Notes under the pieces: model-generated | Databases searched by the model: none | The model's input: the letters and a program-made list of their open reading frames with translations, nothing else | What the model was told of the DNA's origin: nothing | In this document: positions 1 to 13,127 of the stretch, piece after piece | Position numbering within the stretch: position 1 is the stretch's first letter | How the letters are laid out: each line of letters begins with the position of its first letter | Assembly (NCBI GenBank): GCA_951406725.2 | Contig: OX597821.1 | Coordinates: 50,220,001-50,284,000, forward strand | From: Octopus vulgaris | Lineage: Eukaryota | Length of the DNA stretch: 64,000 nt | Reading direction: 5' to 3' | Position numbers and translations under genes: made by a program

Positions 1-93
<93 letters not shown>

Positions 94-100
94 TGCGTGT
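1..100. repeat. (GT)n then (GTGC)n microsatellite
   Basis: Directly visible di- and tetranucleotide runs. Confidence 0.97.
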
Positions 101-479
101 GTTGCTGATAATACTACCGAAATTATTAATGGGTCAACATTTTCATTCCAAAGCACTAGTCGAAATGAGAGAAGAAAAATAGCGAGGTTTTCTAACAGAT
201 AAAATAAATTCAGTGGTCAAGAAATTATCACATAAATTTGAAGATCCGCTGGTGTTACAGGTCATGAACGTGGCATGGATCATGTATGTGAATTAAAAGA
301 TTATACGTATACACTCCCATGTAAGTGCGCGCGCACCCACTCCCACATAAACACATACAGGCAAAAGTGTACATGCATACAAACACGTAATCATATTCTG
401 CAATATAGAGTATTGCAATGATGCAATACATAGAAGTAAATTCAAAGAAAAAATACGTTACACACCAAAACAGAACAAT

Positions 480-1090
480 ACATTTGGCTTAAGTGATTTT
501 TTTAACACCTAACAAATAAACAATTTCCTCAAAATATAAGCTATATAAAGTCTCCAGTAGAAGCATTGTTAAGGGGGATATTTTTGTTTCCTTAACTTTG
601 CCACCTCCTTAACTGGAATCAAACTGAAAAATCTGACACAATGAAATGCACAAACCCTTCTACTACACTGTAACTTACATGCCACTAATACCTGCCCAAT
701 AAATGGTAAATGGTTCCAAAATAAAATGCAGTGAGCTAAACGGAAATCTCTATCGGAAACAGCAATGATGGAAAAGCTTCATGGGTCTAATTGAAAAAAA
801 CTTCAGAAACATTATTTAAACAACACACTCATTCGCTCATATACAGACATAGAAGAAGTACTAACACACTGTCTAATTCTATTTGGGACCTGAAGAGAAG
901 TGGTATCTATAATTTCGAGATCAGCTGGCCAATTATTGAAACCGTGCCCATGTTTATCAATGAACTGAAATGCCTTTCTGTTTATCTGAAAAGTACAAAA
1001 TACTAATGCACCCACTTAATGTGTTAAATTCGAAACTGGAATTAGTCACTTCTTGTGATCATCAGTGGAAATGGCAAACTTTGTATTAAC
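480..1090 (+). mobile_element. Decayed Penelope-like retroelement, GIY-YIG endonuclease region
   Basis: Frameshifted peptides TCPINGK, FKQHTHSL..RSTNTLSNSIWDLK..FEISWPII and VLNSKLELVTSCDHQWK resemble the C-terminal GIY-YIG region of Penelope-like elements (CPLNGKC, LSKHIWDLK, LNKRSELVSKCRH). Confidence 0.7.
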
Positions 1091-1355
1091 CTGTTAGTGT
1101 CACAGTCAGTCCTTCGCTAAGCTACATAGAAGTAGCATTTTCATATATTCTTATAACCCCGTTGCTTTTCTGCATATATCTTCATATCACCACCACTACG
1201 GTTGCGCTACATTTCTTCAGAAGCAAACCTCACTTAAACTGTGGCATCTAACCTCGTACCTGAGCCATTTATAAATGGCCATTACTCGGATGGCAGTGTC
1301 TCACTATACATATGTGTGTGTGTATGTGTGTGTGTGTGTGTGTATGTGTGTATGT

Positions 1356-1727
1356 ATTCTTTTATTCTTTTACTCGTTTCAGTCATTTTGACTGTGGCCA
1401 TGCCGGAGCACCGCCTTTTAGTCGAAGAAATCGACCCCTAGACTTATTCTTTGTAAGTCTGGTACTTATTAGTTTTAAGCCTGGTACTTATTCTATCGTT
1501 CTCTTTTGCCTAACCGCAAGTTACGGGGACATAAACACACCAAGATCAGTTGTCAAGCGATAGTGAAGGGACTAACAGACACAAACACACAAATATATAT
1601 ACAAGTATATATGTCACAGGCTTTTTTCAGTTTCCGTCTACCAAATCCGGTCACAAGGTGCCACGCAGTGGAACTGAACCCGGAACCATGTGGTTGGGAA
1701 GAAAGCTTCTTATCACAGCCGTGCCTG
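1356..1727 (-). mobile_element. SINE family A (tRNA-like head, CORE-like GCACCTTGGGCAAG in intact copies, internal microsatellite)
   Basis: Reverse complement of the repeat at 13128, 19960, 51071 and 53197 (head GGCTGTGTGGTAAG..GGTTCAGTCCC, tail AAATGACTGAAAC). Confidence 0.85.
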
Positions 1728-1869
1728 TATATATATATACATATATATGAGTGTGTGTGTGTGTATGTATGTATGTATGTATGTATGTATGTATGTATGT
1801 ATGTATGTATGTATGTATGTATGTATGTATGTATACACACACACTTTTCAGACAGCATATATTTTATTT

Positions 1870-3960
1870 TCATGAGATGTATTCTCAAGTGTACCCTAGA
1901 TTCCACTTCTTTCAGAATGATCTGCGATGAGCACGATGTCATCTGCAAATCGGAGGTGTTAGAAGCTCGTCGCTGATGTTGATGCCTCCTTCGTATTCAA
2001 TATCTCTTATGGCGATTACGAGACACGCAGCGAAAGACTTTGGAAAGATGTCATCTACTTGTTTAACGTCTTTCTCAAATGGAACGCTTACAGGTGGTAA
2101 CAGCTGAGCTATTTCGGTGTTATCCACCCTGAGAAGTTTGATACATTGGGTCTCGACACGCTCTTCAACAATGAATTCGCGTCGATGTTACTGAAGGCCG
2201 TTTGTAATCAACGAAAGCGGTGCAAAGAAGCAACTTATACACTTTCGCTCATTGTAGAAAGCTGTTTTAGAGTAAATTCGTTGCTCCCTCAGTTGTTGGT
2301 CGTTGAGGTGTTTCGATAAGTCTGGTGGCTATGATTTTTGTAAGCAGTTTGTAGAGGTGAGGCGAAGTATATGTGGTAATAGTTACTCAAATCTTCCTTA
2401 TCACCAATTTTATAAACCAAGATAGTATTCGAATCCTTCTACAGTGAGAGTATTTTCCCCTTTTCAAATATTGATTGCAATGTCCGAAACCGGACGTGGT
2501 TCCTCCTGATGATGTCTTGAGCTAACTGGATCCTATAAAGGAGCTGTTGTGGTAGCAGACCACGAAACACGGTTGTAATTCCTACAACGATGATTTTTCC
2601 ACAGCTGCTCTCCTCCACTCCTTAGTTTTTCAGTTGTTATACCATCATTTCCGGGGTTTTATCTCACTTCACCAGCTTTAAAACATTCTCAATTTCAAAT
2701 GAGTGATACTTCAAGGCGGTGAGCTAGTAGAAACATTAGCTCGCCGGGCGAAATGCTTAGCGGTATTTCGTCTGCCGCTACGTTCTAAGTTCAAATTCCG
2801 CCGAGGTCGACTTTGCCTTTCATCCTTTCGGGGTCGATAAATTAAGTACCAGTTACGCACTGGGATCAATATAATCGACTTAATCCGTTTGTCTGTCCTT
2901 GTTCGTCGCCTCTGTGTTTAGCCCCTTGTGGGTAGTAAAGAAATAGGTATTTCGCCTGTCTTCGCTCTGAGTTCAAATTCCGCCGAGGTCGACTTTGCCT
3001 TTCATCCTACCGGAGTCGATAAATTAAGTACCAGTTGCGTACTGGGGTCGATCTAATCGACTGCCCTCCTCCCCCAAAATTTCAGGCCTTGTGCCTAGAG
3101 TAGAAAAGAATTTCAAATGAGTGATGCTTCTTCAAGATACTTGTGACGGTGGAAGATCGAACATCACTGATGACTTTAAAAGATTGGTGCATATGATTCT
3201 GTAGACTGTCTTTATTTTCCTTTTGTCCGTCACTTTCAGCCCATATGTGTTCGTGAGCGTCGTCACTTACGATTTTAAGAAGCCCTTCAAAAGTTTCTCT
3301 TTTTTCTGCAACCCACAGCAACTTCTTCAGTTTATACTTCTCACAGTCTCTTTCTACACGTCGTCTTATCCTCTTGTTGAGAACGGAATATTCAAGGTGA
3401 TCTTTCCTGTTCCTCTTCGTAGTCTTCCGTCCCTCAAGCGTTTTCTTTGTTGCTTCCTCAGATCCTTCTATCCAGTTCCTATGAGTATTATACATTGTTC
3501 GCTTTTCACTTGTAGCTTTCCGATCAGCGAATTATAATCTTTATCGATTTCTTCAAGCTAAAACCAAGTTTCCTTCCTGATATCAAGATAAGAGAGATGA
3601 CACCAGCATCACCCACCACCTCATCCTCAGCAAGCGATGGTTGCTACCAGTGGTGAATGGCGATACGACTGAGATGGCTTGCAGTACGATTCATCTGTAT
3701 ATCAGGTTTTACCTGATCTCGTTTCGATGCTGAGCATTTGGGGTTATCCAGGTCCATCTCTTTCCAGATTTTTTTATGAATAAGCTGTTCCCGATGTAAG
3801 GTTTTTTTTCTTTATTCATCTATTTTTCGCATTTTTTTAATGGTAACTAATCGTTCTCCTTCATTTCTCCCTCCCAAATTTTCCACCATGTTTCTCACCC
3901 TGTTGCCGTTTCCAACATTTGCGTTGAAATCTCCCATCACAACAGAGATTAATGTCACAA
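1870..3960 (-). mobile_element. Fragmented RTE-type LINE (APE endonuclease + RT), interrupted by a SINE
   Basis: Minus strand gives VMGDFNANVG (~3910-3940, APE), HLEYSVLNKRIRRRVERD (linker) and HLRFADDIVLI (~1925-1960, RT YADD-type motif); many stops and frameshifts. Confidence 0.8.
2713..3112 (+). mobile_element. SINE family B, dimeric copy
   Basis: Head AAGGCGGTGAGCTAGTAGAAAC..GTTCAAATTCC, then two copies of the core GTCGACTTTGCCTTTCATCCT..GTCGATAAATTAAGTACCAGTT. Confidence 0.85.
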
Positions 3961-4433
3961 CTTATAGAAACACTCTTTTCATACACTTCTTTTGCATCAG
4001 AATCTCTGAATTTCGGTGTTTTGTTACTATATTATTACCTGAGGTACGGCGATTTTTTATTGAGCAACTTTTTGTTGAACTACACCTCATTGGACGACTT
4101 ATTATCGAAACGACTTTTATCAATGAAACTTTTCTTAGAATGATTTTATAAAAAAAAAAATTTGTAAAATAATTATATATGTATAAGTATTTTATATCAA
4201 CACTTCTCAATATTTAAAATTGTTCGGGAATTAAAAAATCGGAAAGAAATTTGGATAAAACGCTCTCGAAGAGTCGTTTCAATAAAAAAATTGTTTGTTA
4301 AGAAAAGAAAAGTCGTGTTTCAATGACAGAAACTGCCAATCAATTTCTGAGCTCGATCCAATCAACTGTAGCTCTTGCTCTGAAATGAGTGACTCTGTCT
4401 CAATGTTGTTACAAACTAAAGTAGTAAGGAAGA

Positions 4434-4835
4434 AAGGCTGCGAGCTGGTAGAATCGTTAGCACGCCGGGCAAAATACTTAGCGGTATTTCGTCTGCCGTT
4501 ACGTTCTGAGCTTAAATTCCGCCGAAGTCGACTTTGCCTTTCATCCTTTCGGGGTCGATAAATTAAGTACCAGTTACAGACTTGGGTCGATCTAATCGAC
4601 TTAATCCCTTTGTCTGTCCTTGTTTGTCCCCTCTGTGTGTAGCCTCTTGTGGGCAGTAAAGAAATAGGTACTTCGTCCGTCTTTATGTTCAGAGTTCAAA
4701 TAGTGCGAGGACGACTTTGCCTTTCATCCTACCGGAGTCGATAAGATAAGTACCAGTTGAGCACTGGGGTCGATGTAATCGACTCACCCCTCCATCCGAA
4801 ATTGCTAGCCTTGCGCCAAAATTAGAAATCAATAT
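4434..4835 (+). mobile_element. SINE family B, dimeric copy
   Basis: Same head and doubled core as 2713-3112. Confidence 0.85.
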
Positions 4836-5599
4836 AATAAGGAGGGGAAAAGACAGCGAGTTGCTAGAAACTATCGTTAGAATTCTTTTTCTACTTTTTC
4901 ATTTCAGATCCCACCAGGATCTAAGGATTCCTTAAATAAATACCAGTAACATATTGAATCCACATAATTAACTATAAATTCTCTCTAACAAAATAAATAA
5001 TAATAATAGTATTTTCTCTGCTCATAATAAATGGCTTTTTACGAGTATGATTGTACATCTACTTTCGGTGATCACATTCTGCACAGAGATTGTCTTTCAT
5101 CCACCTGATATCGATAAAACGATAAAATAATAACCAATATGATACTCGTTGTTTTAGTTAGGTATTGTATACTTGTATATCCAACTATAGATGCAATGTG
5201 GTTGAAAGGTTAAGAAATACACTTCGCAACCATGAAATCCGTGTTGCATAGTATCTTGGATAAGTAATGTAATCTCCTTAGCATCAGGTTGGCCCACACG
5301 TTGTAAGTGAAATAGATAAACGGGGAAATGAACAGAAATCTGAAGAGTGAGTTGTACCTCTGATTCAAAAAGGACAATTTACCGGCAATTTAACCTTGTT
5401 ATGCATTGTGTCGCGTTGATTCTGTCAGAAATTTATACAAAGGACACAAGTGCCGTGGAATACTCAGCCACTTACACGTTAATTCAAGTAAATCTTCGTC
5501 GTTGTTGATCCGGCCTTACAAAATTATTTTTATGCTCAGTGAAAAAGGAATGAGGGCGGTTTATATGGGGTAATTTTACATTACAGAGTGGAACATACA

Positions 5600-6025
5600 A
5601 TTTCTTGTAATTCAGAACGCCTCATGGCCCCAGCAGACAAAATGGAAAAGGTCTTGCTCCAGAGGATGGCAAGGGAGTTGCCATTCTGACTCACGTGGCT
5701 TGCACTTACGGACGGTCATCTCTGCCCCGATATCGGTGAGCAGGGATATGACCCGGAAGGACGAGAGCGCCGGAGGTCTCCATTGCACAGGCTCGACCAT
5801 GAACCTGTCAGAGGGTGACCGATACCTTGACGAGCCACCTGGGCTGGTTGCTGAACACACCAAGTTGCCGCTGGCGGTGTCACAACACGTGGCATCCCAG
5901 ATGAGAAGCCTACCGTCACAGAATGGGAAAACTGTCATACCGTCAGGCCTTTTATCGTCCCCTTGCTCTAGCCCCGCTGGCTCGAGCTGGGAAAGGATGC
6001 CGACAGCGCCTCGGCCTTGTTTATC
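5600..6025 (-). mobile_element. 3' fragment of an RLE-bearing non-LTR retrotransposon (CRE-like)
   Basis: GC-rich island; minus strand reads RPDGMTVFPF..GRLLIWDATCCDT.A...RYRS..DRFMVEPV, matching the RPDG..WD.T..DT restriction-like endonuclease signature. Confidence 0.65.
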
Positions 6026-6641
6026 TTAGATATAAAAGAGAATGAAATAAAGTTTCGGTGGAGATCTTTCTGTTTTGAAAATCTTCACCCTTCCTAACCC
6101 TTGCTTAACCTTTCAAAACATATTTCAATTCAGTTGGTTATATCTGCTTACACTCCATGATTCAGTAACGGCAACTAGATCCGGCTTTGCTCTTTTATTT
6201 TCTTTTGCCGTAATAAGAAATAAAGCCTCTGGCAATATACAAACAATATTTATTTTTACCTGCTTTTTTATTTTCATTGCAACATATTCCAAAAGGATTG
6301 TCTTTCCTCAACTATTTATAATAATACTTTAACTTCCTATTTCGATATGACCCTTGTCCTTTTCAATGCATTTTAACAACATAAACGTCTTTATTTCGTT
6401 AGCTGAATGTAATACTTGCGCGCACTCATACACACACACATATGCCCACACACACGCACACATACACACACACATTCGTATGTGTGTCTGTGTGCGTGTG
6501 CGTGTGTGTGTTTGTAGATATATACATATTAAGCACGCACACATGTTCACACACGTATGTATGTATAGATATATATGAATACACACACAGATACACACGC
6601 ACATATACATATATATATACATATATATATGCATATATATA

Positions 6642-6719
<78 letters not shown>

Positions 6720-6754
6720 ATGCATATCTATATATGCATAAATATGTACATATA

Positions 6755-6804
<50 letters not shown>

Positions 6805-6828
6805 CACACACATACACACACGTATGTA

Positions 6829-8101
6829 CATAGTGCGATGAATAAATTGTCATCTACATTACGGAAAAATGAAAACATTGACATCTCATTTTAACAGATA
6901 TATTTACCAAAATTACATAAAAATATCTTGAAATACTAAAGAGTAAATTTATTCAATAAAATCGCCGTTGGCTTTAACCACGGCCTCCAGACGACTTCGG
7001 AATCTCTTGCAACTTATCTGGATGGTCTCCTTGTTTAAGTTGGTGAATGCTGCCATAACCCTTGCCTTCAGTTCATCTTTGGTTTTACAAACTGATCTCT
7101 CGCTCAACTGCACCCCACACATAATAATCAAAGGTGCTGCAGTCTGGGGAGATAGGTGGCCAGATGTTAGGGGTGATGTGGTTGCAGAAACAGAAATTGT
7201 TTGACAGCCATGACTGGGTTCTGCTGATTGTGCGGCATGGTGCAGAGTCCTGTTGTCAGACATAGGGTCTTCCACCAGCCATCCTTTTCACCCAAAGCAG
7301 CACTACTTCCTCAAGGCACTTGGTGTAGGCCTCCGTGTTTGAGTGTGAGGCCGTGTGGGAAGATGAATGGAGGCATAACGTCGCCATCACTAGTGATCAC
7401 TCCAAACACCATCATGTTGACTGGACATTTGATTTTATATTACTTTCGGTACATTCTTTGTTGACACGCAAGCCAACGGTTGTTCTGTGTGTTCACCATC
7501 TGATCCTGGCAGAAATTTTTCTCGTCTGAGAAAAACTAAAACATGTTCGGTGCTTGAGTTTGTTCGAAAACTTCGTAGCGCGGTTTTTCCTCTTGTCCTT
7601 GGTGACTTGAGATAAAAATTGGTCCTTTTTCATTTTGTATGAGGAATACCAAATGTCTTTATGCACTGCCTGCTTGATAAGAGACTCAGACACTCCCATA
7701 TCCCTGGCGATGGACCTGATTCACTTGAAGGGATCATTGTCAATCATGGCCTGGATCTCACCAACAAATACAGGAGTTCATTTCTTATCAGAACGATCAG
7801 AGTGAATTTTCGTAATCACCATTAGACTCATCTAACTCTTTCTGAATCCTCTGCACTGTCTTCAGATTGACACCCAAACACTCTGATATGTTCGTGTTGG
7901 AGCTTCCGGTGTGAATGCCAAGCGGTACAGCATATCGTTTCCAACTTTTTGGCAGAGTGAATTGCGTCATGTTGCTGTTTTTCTCACAGACGGTGCCCAA
8001 CTGACCCTACTGCACTGTGTAGTCAACAAAATCAGAAACAAACAGTGCAGATGCGTGAAATAGGAAATATAAAATGGTGACAATTTACCCATCGCACACA
8101 A
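6829..8101 (-). mobile_element. Tc1/mariner-superfamily transposon, maT/DD37D-like, near full length, pseudogenised
   Basis: TIR-like ends GTGCGATGAATAAATTGTCA and TGACAATTTACCCATCGCAC. Minus-strand transposase remnants FSDEKNFCQDQMVN, QQDSAPC and WPP.SPDC, ending RFRSRLEAVVKANGDFIE. Confidence 0.8.
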
Positions 8102-8467
8102 TATATATGTGTGTGTATATATATATTTATATGTGTGTGTATATATATGTATATATATACATATACATACATATATATATATACATACATATATATACAT
8201 ATATATACATATATATATATACATATATATATATATGTATACATACATATATATATACATATATATATACATTTGATTGTGTGGCATGGTGCATGTATAT
8301 ATATATACAGATATATATACATATACATACGTATATATACAAACATATATATATATATATATATATACATACATACGTATATATACACATACATATATAT
8401 ATATAAACATATATATATACATACATATATACATACATATATATACATACACATATATATATATACA

Positions 8468-8508
<41 letters not shown>

Positions 8509-8658
8509 ACCTACATATATATACATATACATATATCTATACAGACATATATATATACATACTTATATATACATACATATACATATACATACATATACAT
8601 ATATATACATATATATACATATATATAAATGCATACATATATATCTATATACATATGT

Positions 8659-8712
<54 letters not shown>

Positions 8713-8760
8713 GCACACATATATATAGTGTATATATATACGTACGTACGTACATATATA
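8102..8760. repeat. Compound (TA)n/(TACA)n low-complexity tract
   Basis: Directly visible; source of spurious YI/CV ORFs. Confidence 0.95.
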
Positions 8761-8880
8761 CCCTAGTGGGGGAAAATTGTCTATCTAATAATAATTAATT
8801 TCAATTTGTTTTCATATGCAATAATTAGTTGCAACCTGCTGTTAATAATATTATTTCTATATTCGCGCACATTTCCTCTT

Positions 8881-8920
<40 letters not shown>

Positions 8921-9647
8921 TATCTCTCTCTCACTCATACACACACATACATCTGTTTATCATATTGCCTTTCTGTTCCTTTTAATAACTCACTCGTTAT
9001 ACGCCGAACCGTTGTCGTACTAACAGGAATCATCATCAGCCGAGATGATTAGCCTTAATGCAACCTAGTTGCCTGATAAAGAGACTGTTGTTATGGAATT
9101 AATATTTTATATTTACATAAATATATTATAACATTTAGATATGATAATGCCTTGCCATAAAAGAAATATTAAAATGTAAATTCGTTCCCTTTATGCTTTT
9201 GGTGTGCGGAATAAAAGAGGTTGGATGTTTCCTGACGGAGCGTTTAACGGTTGGTTGACCGTTCCTCAGAGAAGATGTGCCCAGCTTCCTTTCCCCGGTC
9301 AAAAGGATGCTGATTTGTTATATAAAGCAGTTATAAATTAGATTACAGCATACTGGCTAACTTAATTTACATTTTTGCGCTTTTGATGGATATTCTATCA
9401 TTTATCTGTTTAAGTCATTGGACTGCGGCCATGCTGGGGCACCGCCTCGAAAGGTTTAGTCAAACAAACCGATCCCATTACTTACTTTTAAATCTAGTGC
9501 TTATTCTATCAATCTCTTTTCGCCAAACCGCTTATTTACAGGGACGTAAACAAACCAGCACCGGTTATCTGTCAAGTAATGGTGGGGGACAAACAACACA
9601 AACAGAAAGACACACAGGCGCACACACACACACACACGTGATGCATA

Positions 9648-10933
9648 TTAGGTTGGCAACTAAGTTCCCACCGGTTTTTTTATTTTAATTTTTTAAAAGG
9701 TTTAATAAAAAATAACTAATTAATCAATAATGTATTCACCCTTGTTGTTTACAACTTCTTCCCAACGTTCAACAAGATTTTCAATACCTCGTTGGTAAAA
9801 AATCACCCGATTTCGACTCGAAAAATTAATCCAACCAAGCTCTCAATTCTGCATCAGTATTGAACGAAACTCCGTACATAGCATTTGAAAGAGATCGAAA
9901 GAGGTGGGAATCCGTTGGTGCCATGGCTGGGACTTCCCAGGTGTGGCAACACTTCCCAGCCATGCGTTTGAATGGCTTCCTTGGTCATATTGGCAATGAG
10001 GGCGGGCGTTGTCGTGCAGCAGAAGAACTCCATGCTGACGATTAGGTCTTTTCTCTTGAATAGCCGTGTTGAGTTGTTCCATCAGTTGAACATAGAGTTC
10101 CGCGTTGACCGTTTGGTTCCGTTCAAGCAATTCGTAATGGATAAGCCCTTTCCAGTCCCACCATACGCACAACATCGTTTTACGTGGATGAAGAACTTGT
10201 TTCACACGCGGTGTCGCCTGTTTACCGGGGCTAAGCCATTCCTTATGCTGCTTCATATTGATGTACAGGCACCATTTTTCGTTGCCAGTAACGATTCGGT
10301 AAAGAAATCGTTGCTTGTGTCCATGAATTGAGCGGTGACGAGCGAGCAAACCAGCGGAGATTGTGACTCGTTAATTTTTGTTGTTGTCACTTAAAGCATG
10401 TGGAACCCATCCTCCATACTTCTCAACCTTTCCCATCGAGTGAAGATGCTTCTCTATAGCAGTGTGGGAGCATTCCATTTTCTCTGCCAGTTCCCTTATC
10501 GTTTGACGAGAATTTTCGTGCAAAAGTTGGTTTAATCGCTCTTCATCGAACTCAACTGAACGGCCAAAACGAGGTGCGTCTTTGAGGTCAAAATTCCCAT
10601 TTTTGAACTTGGCATACCAATCACGAGCGGTTCTTTCAGCTATGGCACCCTCTCCATACACAGCACAAATGTTGCGAGCAGCTTTTGCGGCCTTAGAGTC
10701 TTGATTAAAAGCAAAAAGAAGGAGGTGTCGAAAATGCTCGTTTTTCTTAACTTGACATTTCATTTTAATGATCTGAAAATAAATAAAAATTAACTAAAAC
10801 TAACCAGAAAAAAAAAGTAGATTCCAAAATGATTCAAAAATAGAATTCTCGAAAAAAGATAGATTCCAAAATTTAATAACGCAATAAATTCCAAAATTTA
10901 AAAAAAACGGCGGGAATTTGGTTGCCAACCCAA
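9648..10933 (-). mobile_element. Full-length mariner element (1286 bp), TA target duplication
   Basis: TA|TTAGGTTGGCAACTAAGTTCCC ... GGGAATTTGGTTGCCAACCCAA|TA terminal inverted repeats enclose a transposase. Confidence 0.93.
9720..10763 (-). pseudogene. Mariner transposase pseudogene
   Basis: ORFs 10371-10763 and 9843-10349 give an HTH N-terminus, WVPHAL, TGNEKW (catalytic D changed to N) and LHDNARPH. There is an in-frame stop near 10372, a frameshift, a damaged YSPDLAP motif, and the end NKGEYIID*. Confidence 0.9.
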
Positions 10934-11454
10934 TACACACACACACATGCATACATACATACATACACACACACACACATACATACATACATACACACAC
11001 ATACACACACACATACATACACATACATACATATATATATGACGGGCTTATGTAATTTTCCTCTGTTAAATCTTCTCACAGGGCTTTGGTCGGCCCGGGG
11101 ACTATATTAGAAGATACGTATCTTGCCCATCGAGCCACAAAGTGGAATCGAACCCAAAACCATGTTGTTGTTGGGAAGCAAACTTTTTACTGCACAGTCA
11201 CAACTTACGCAATATATATTTTATGGATTACACAGCGTGAAGGAGAAGAACTTATAATTTAAGTATTAAAAGGCCTGGCTGCGAAAGAAATATAAAAATG
11301 CAAACACATTTCTTCGATGCTTTTTGATGTTTTGAAATTTCTTGGAAATTCTTCGATTCGGAAATCTTTTGGAATTACCCTGACTCGAATTTGGCACCAG
11401 AATATCTCTAGTAGTAAAATGTTACTCAAAGCTATTTCACATAAGCCTGAAAAA

Positions 11455-12605
11455 TACCAATTTTAAATTTCGGCACAAGGCTGGCAATTCCGGAAAAGTG
11501 GGTAAAGCCGATCACATCGACTCCAGTGTTCAACTGGTACTTATTTTATCGACTCTGAAAGGATGGAAGGCAAAGTCAACCTCGGCGGCACTTGTATTCA
11601 GAACGGGAAGATTGACGAAATGCCGCTAAGCATGTAAACGATTCTTATTTCTTTATTGCCCACAAGGAGTTAAACATAAAGGCGACAAACAAGGACAGGC
11701 AAACGGATTAAGTCGATCATATCGACCCCAGTGCGTAACTGGTACTTATTTAATCGACCCCGAAAGGATGAAAGGCAAAGTCGACCTCGGCGGAATTTGA
11801 ACTCAGAACGTAACGGCAGATAAAATACCTATTTCTTTACTACCCACAAGGGGCTAAACACAGAGAGGACAAACAAGGACAGACAAACGGATTAAGTCGA
11901 TTATATCGACCCCAGTGCGTAACTGGTACTTATTTAATCGACCCCGAAAGGATGAAAGGCAAAGTCGACCTCGGCGGAATTTGAACTCAGAACGTAACGG
12001 CAGATAAAATACCTATTTCTTTACTACCCACAAGGGGCTAAACACAGAGAGGACAAACAAGGACAGACAAACGGATTAAGTCGATTATATCGACCCCAGT
12101 GCGTAACTGGTACTTATTTAATCGACCCCGAAAGGATGAAAGGCAAAGTCGACCTCGGCGGAATTTGAACTCAGAACGTAACGGCAGATAAAATACCTAT
12201 TTCTTTACTACCCACAAGGGGCTAAACACAGAGAGGACAAACAAGGACAGACAAACGGATTAAGTCGATTATATCGACCCCAGTGCGTAACTGGTACTTA
12301 TTTAATCGACCCCGAAAGGATGAAAGGCAAAGTCGACCTCGGCGGAATTTGAACTCAGAACGTAACGGCAGATAAAATACCTATTTCTTTACTACCCACA
12401 AGGGGCTAAACACAGAGAGGACAGACAAACGGATCAAGTCGATTATATCGACCCCAGTGCGTAACTGGTACTTATTTAATCGAACCCGAAAGGATGAAAG
12501 GCAAAGTCGGCCTCGGCGGAATTTGAACTCAGAACGTAGCGGCAGATGAAATCCTGCTAAGCATTTCGCCCGGCGTGCTAACGTTACTGCCAGCTCACCG
12601 CCTTT
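11455..12605 (-). repeat. SINE family B expanded into a tandem array of 184-bp units
   Basis: TAAAATACC recurs at 11821, 12005, 12189 and 12373 (period 184); single head at ~12545-12605. Confidence 0.92.
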
Positions 12606-12782
12606 TGGCTGAAAAAAAAAAATCTTATTTTTACTTAATAATTTTAAAAGGCTTTGTTTTTTGTCAACTGAATCTTGCCAACATTTCCTCTTTATTTTGC
12701 TTTATTTTGTTGGAAGCATTTCTTATTTTATTTCGGTTTATTTTAGCGTATATATTTTTACATTACGTTATTTTATTCCATA

Positions 12783-13125
12783 AAGGCGGCAAGCTGGCAG
12801 AATCGTTAGCACGCCGGGCGAAATGCTTAGCGGTATTTCGTCTGCCGCTACGTTCTGAGTTCAAATTCCGCACTGGGGTCGATATAATCGACTCGATCCG
12901 TTTGTCTGTCCTCTCTGTGTTTAGCCCCTTGTGGGTAGTAAAGAAATAGGTATTTTATCTGCCGTTACGTTCTGAGTTCAAATTCCGCCAAGGTCGACTT
13001 TGCCTTTCATCCTTTCGGGGTCGATATAATCGACTTAATCCGTTTGTCTGTCCTTGTTTGTCCCCTCTGTGTGTAGCCCCTTGTGGGCAGTATAAAAATA
13101 GGTATTTCTTCTATCTTTACGTTTT
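12783..13125 (+). mobile_element. SINE family B, rearranged copy, head-to-head with the array
   Basis: Head AAGGCGGCAAGCTGGCAGAATCG and two internally deleted cores. Confidence 0.85.
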
Positions 13126-13127
13126 AT

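Larger units (their letters stand above)
9400..11210 (-). mobile_element. SINE family A split by a mariner insertion
   Basis: Tail half at ~9400-9645 and head half at ~10936-11210 flank the mariner, which sits in the SINE's internal microsatellite. Confidence 0.75.

Noticed and set aside
2500-2595. CTGATGA...GAAAC hammerhead-like motif
   Set aside because: A plausible stem II exists, but nothing after the putative GUA site pairs with the 5' stem I strand.
8960-9045. Minus-strand CTGATGA..GAAA
   Set aside because: No stem III or stem I.
11640-12560. CRISPR-like or retrozyme-like array
   Set aside because: Units are contiguous with no unique spacers, there are no cas genes, and I found no CUGANGA/GAAA core in the unit; it is a SINE multimer.
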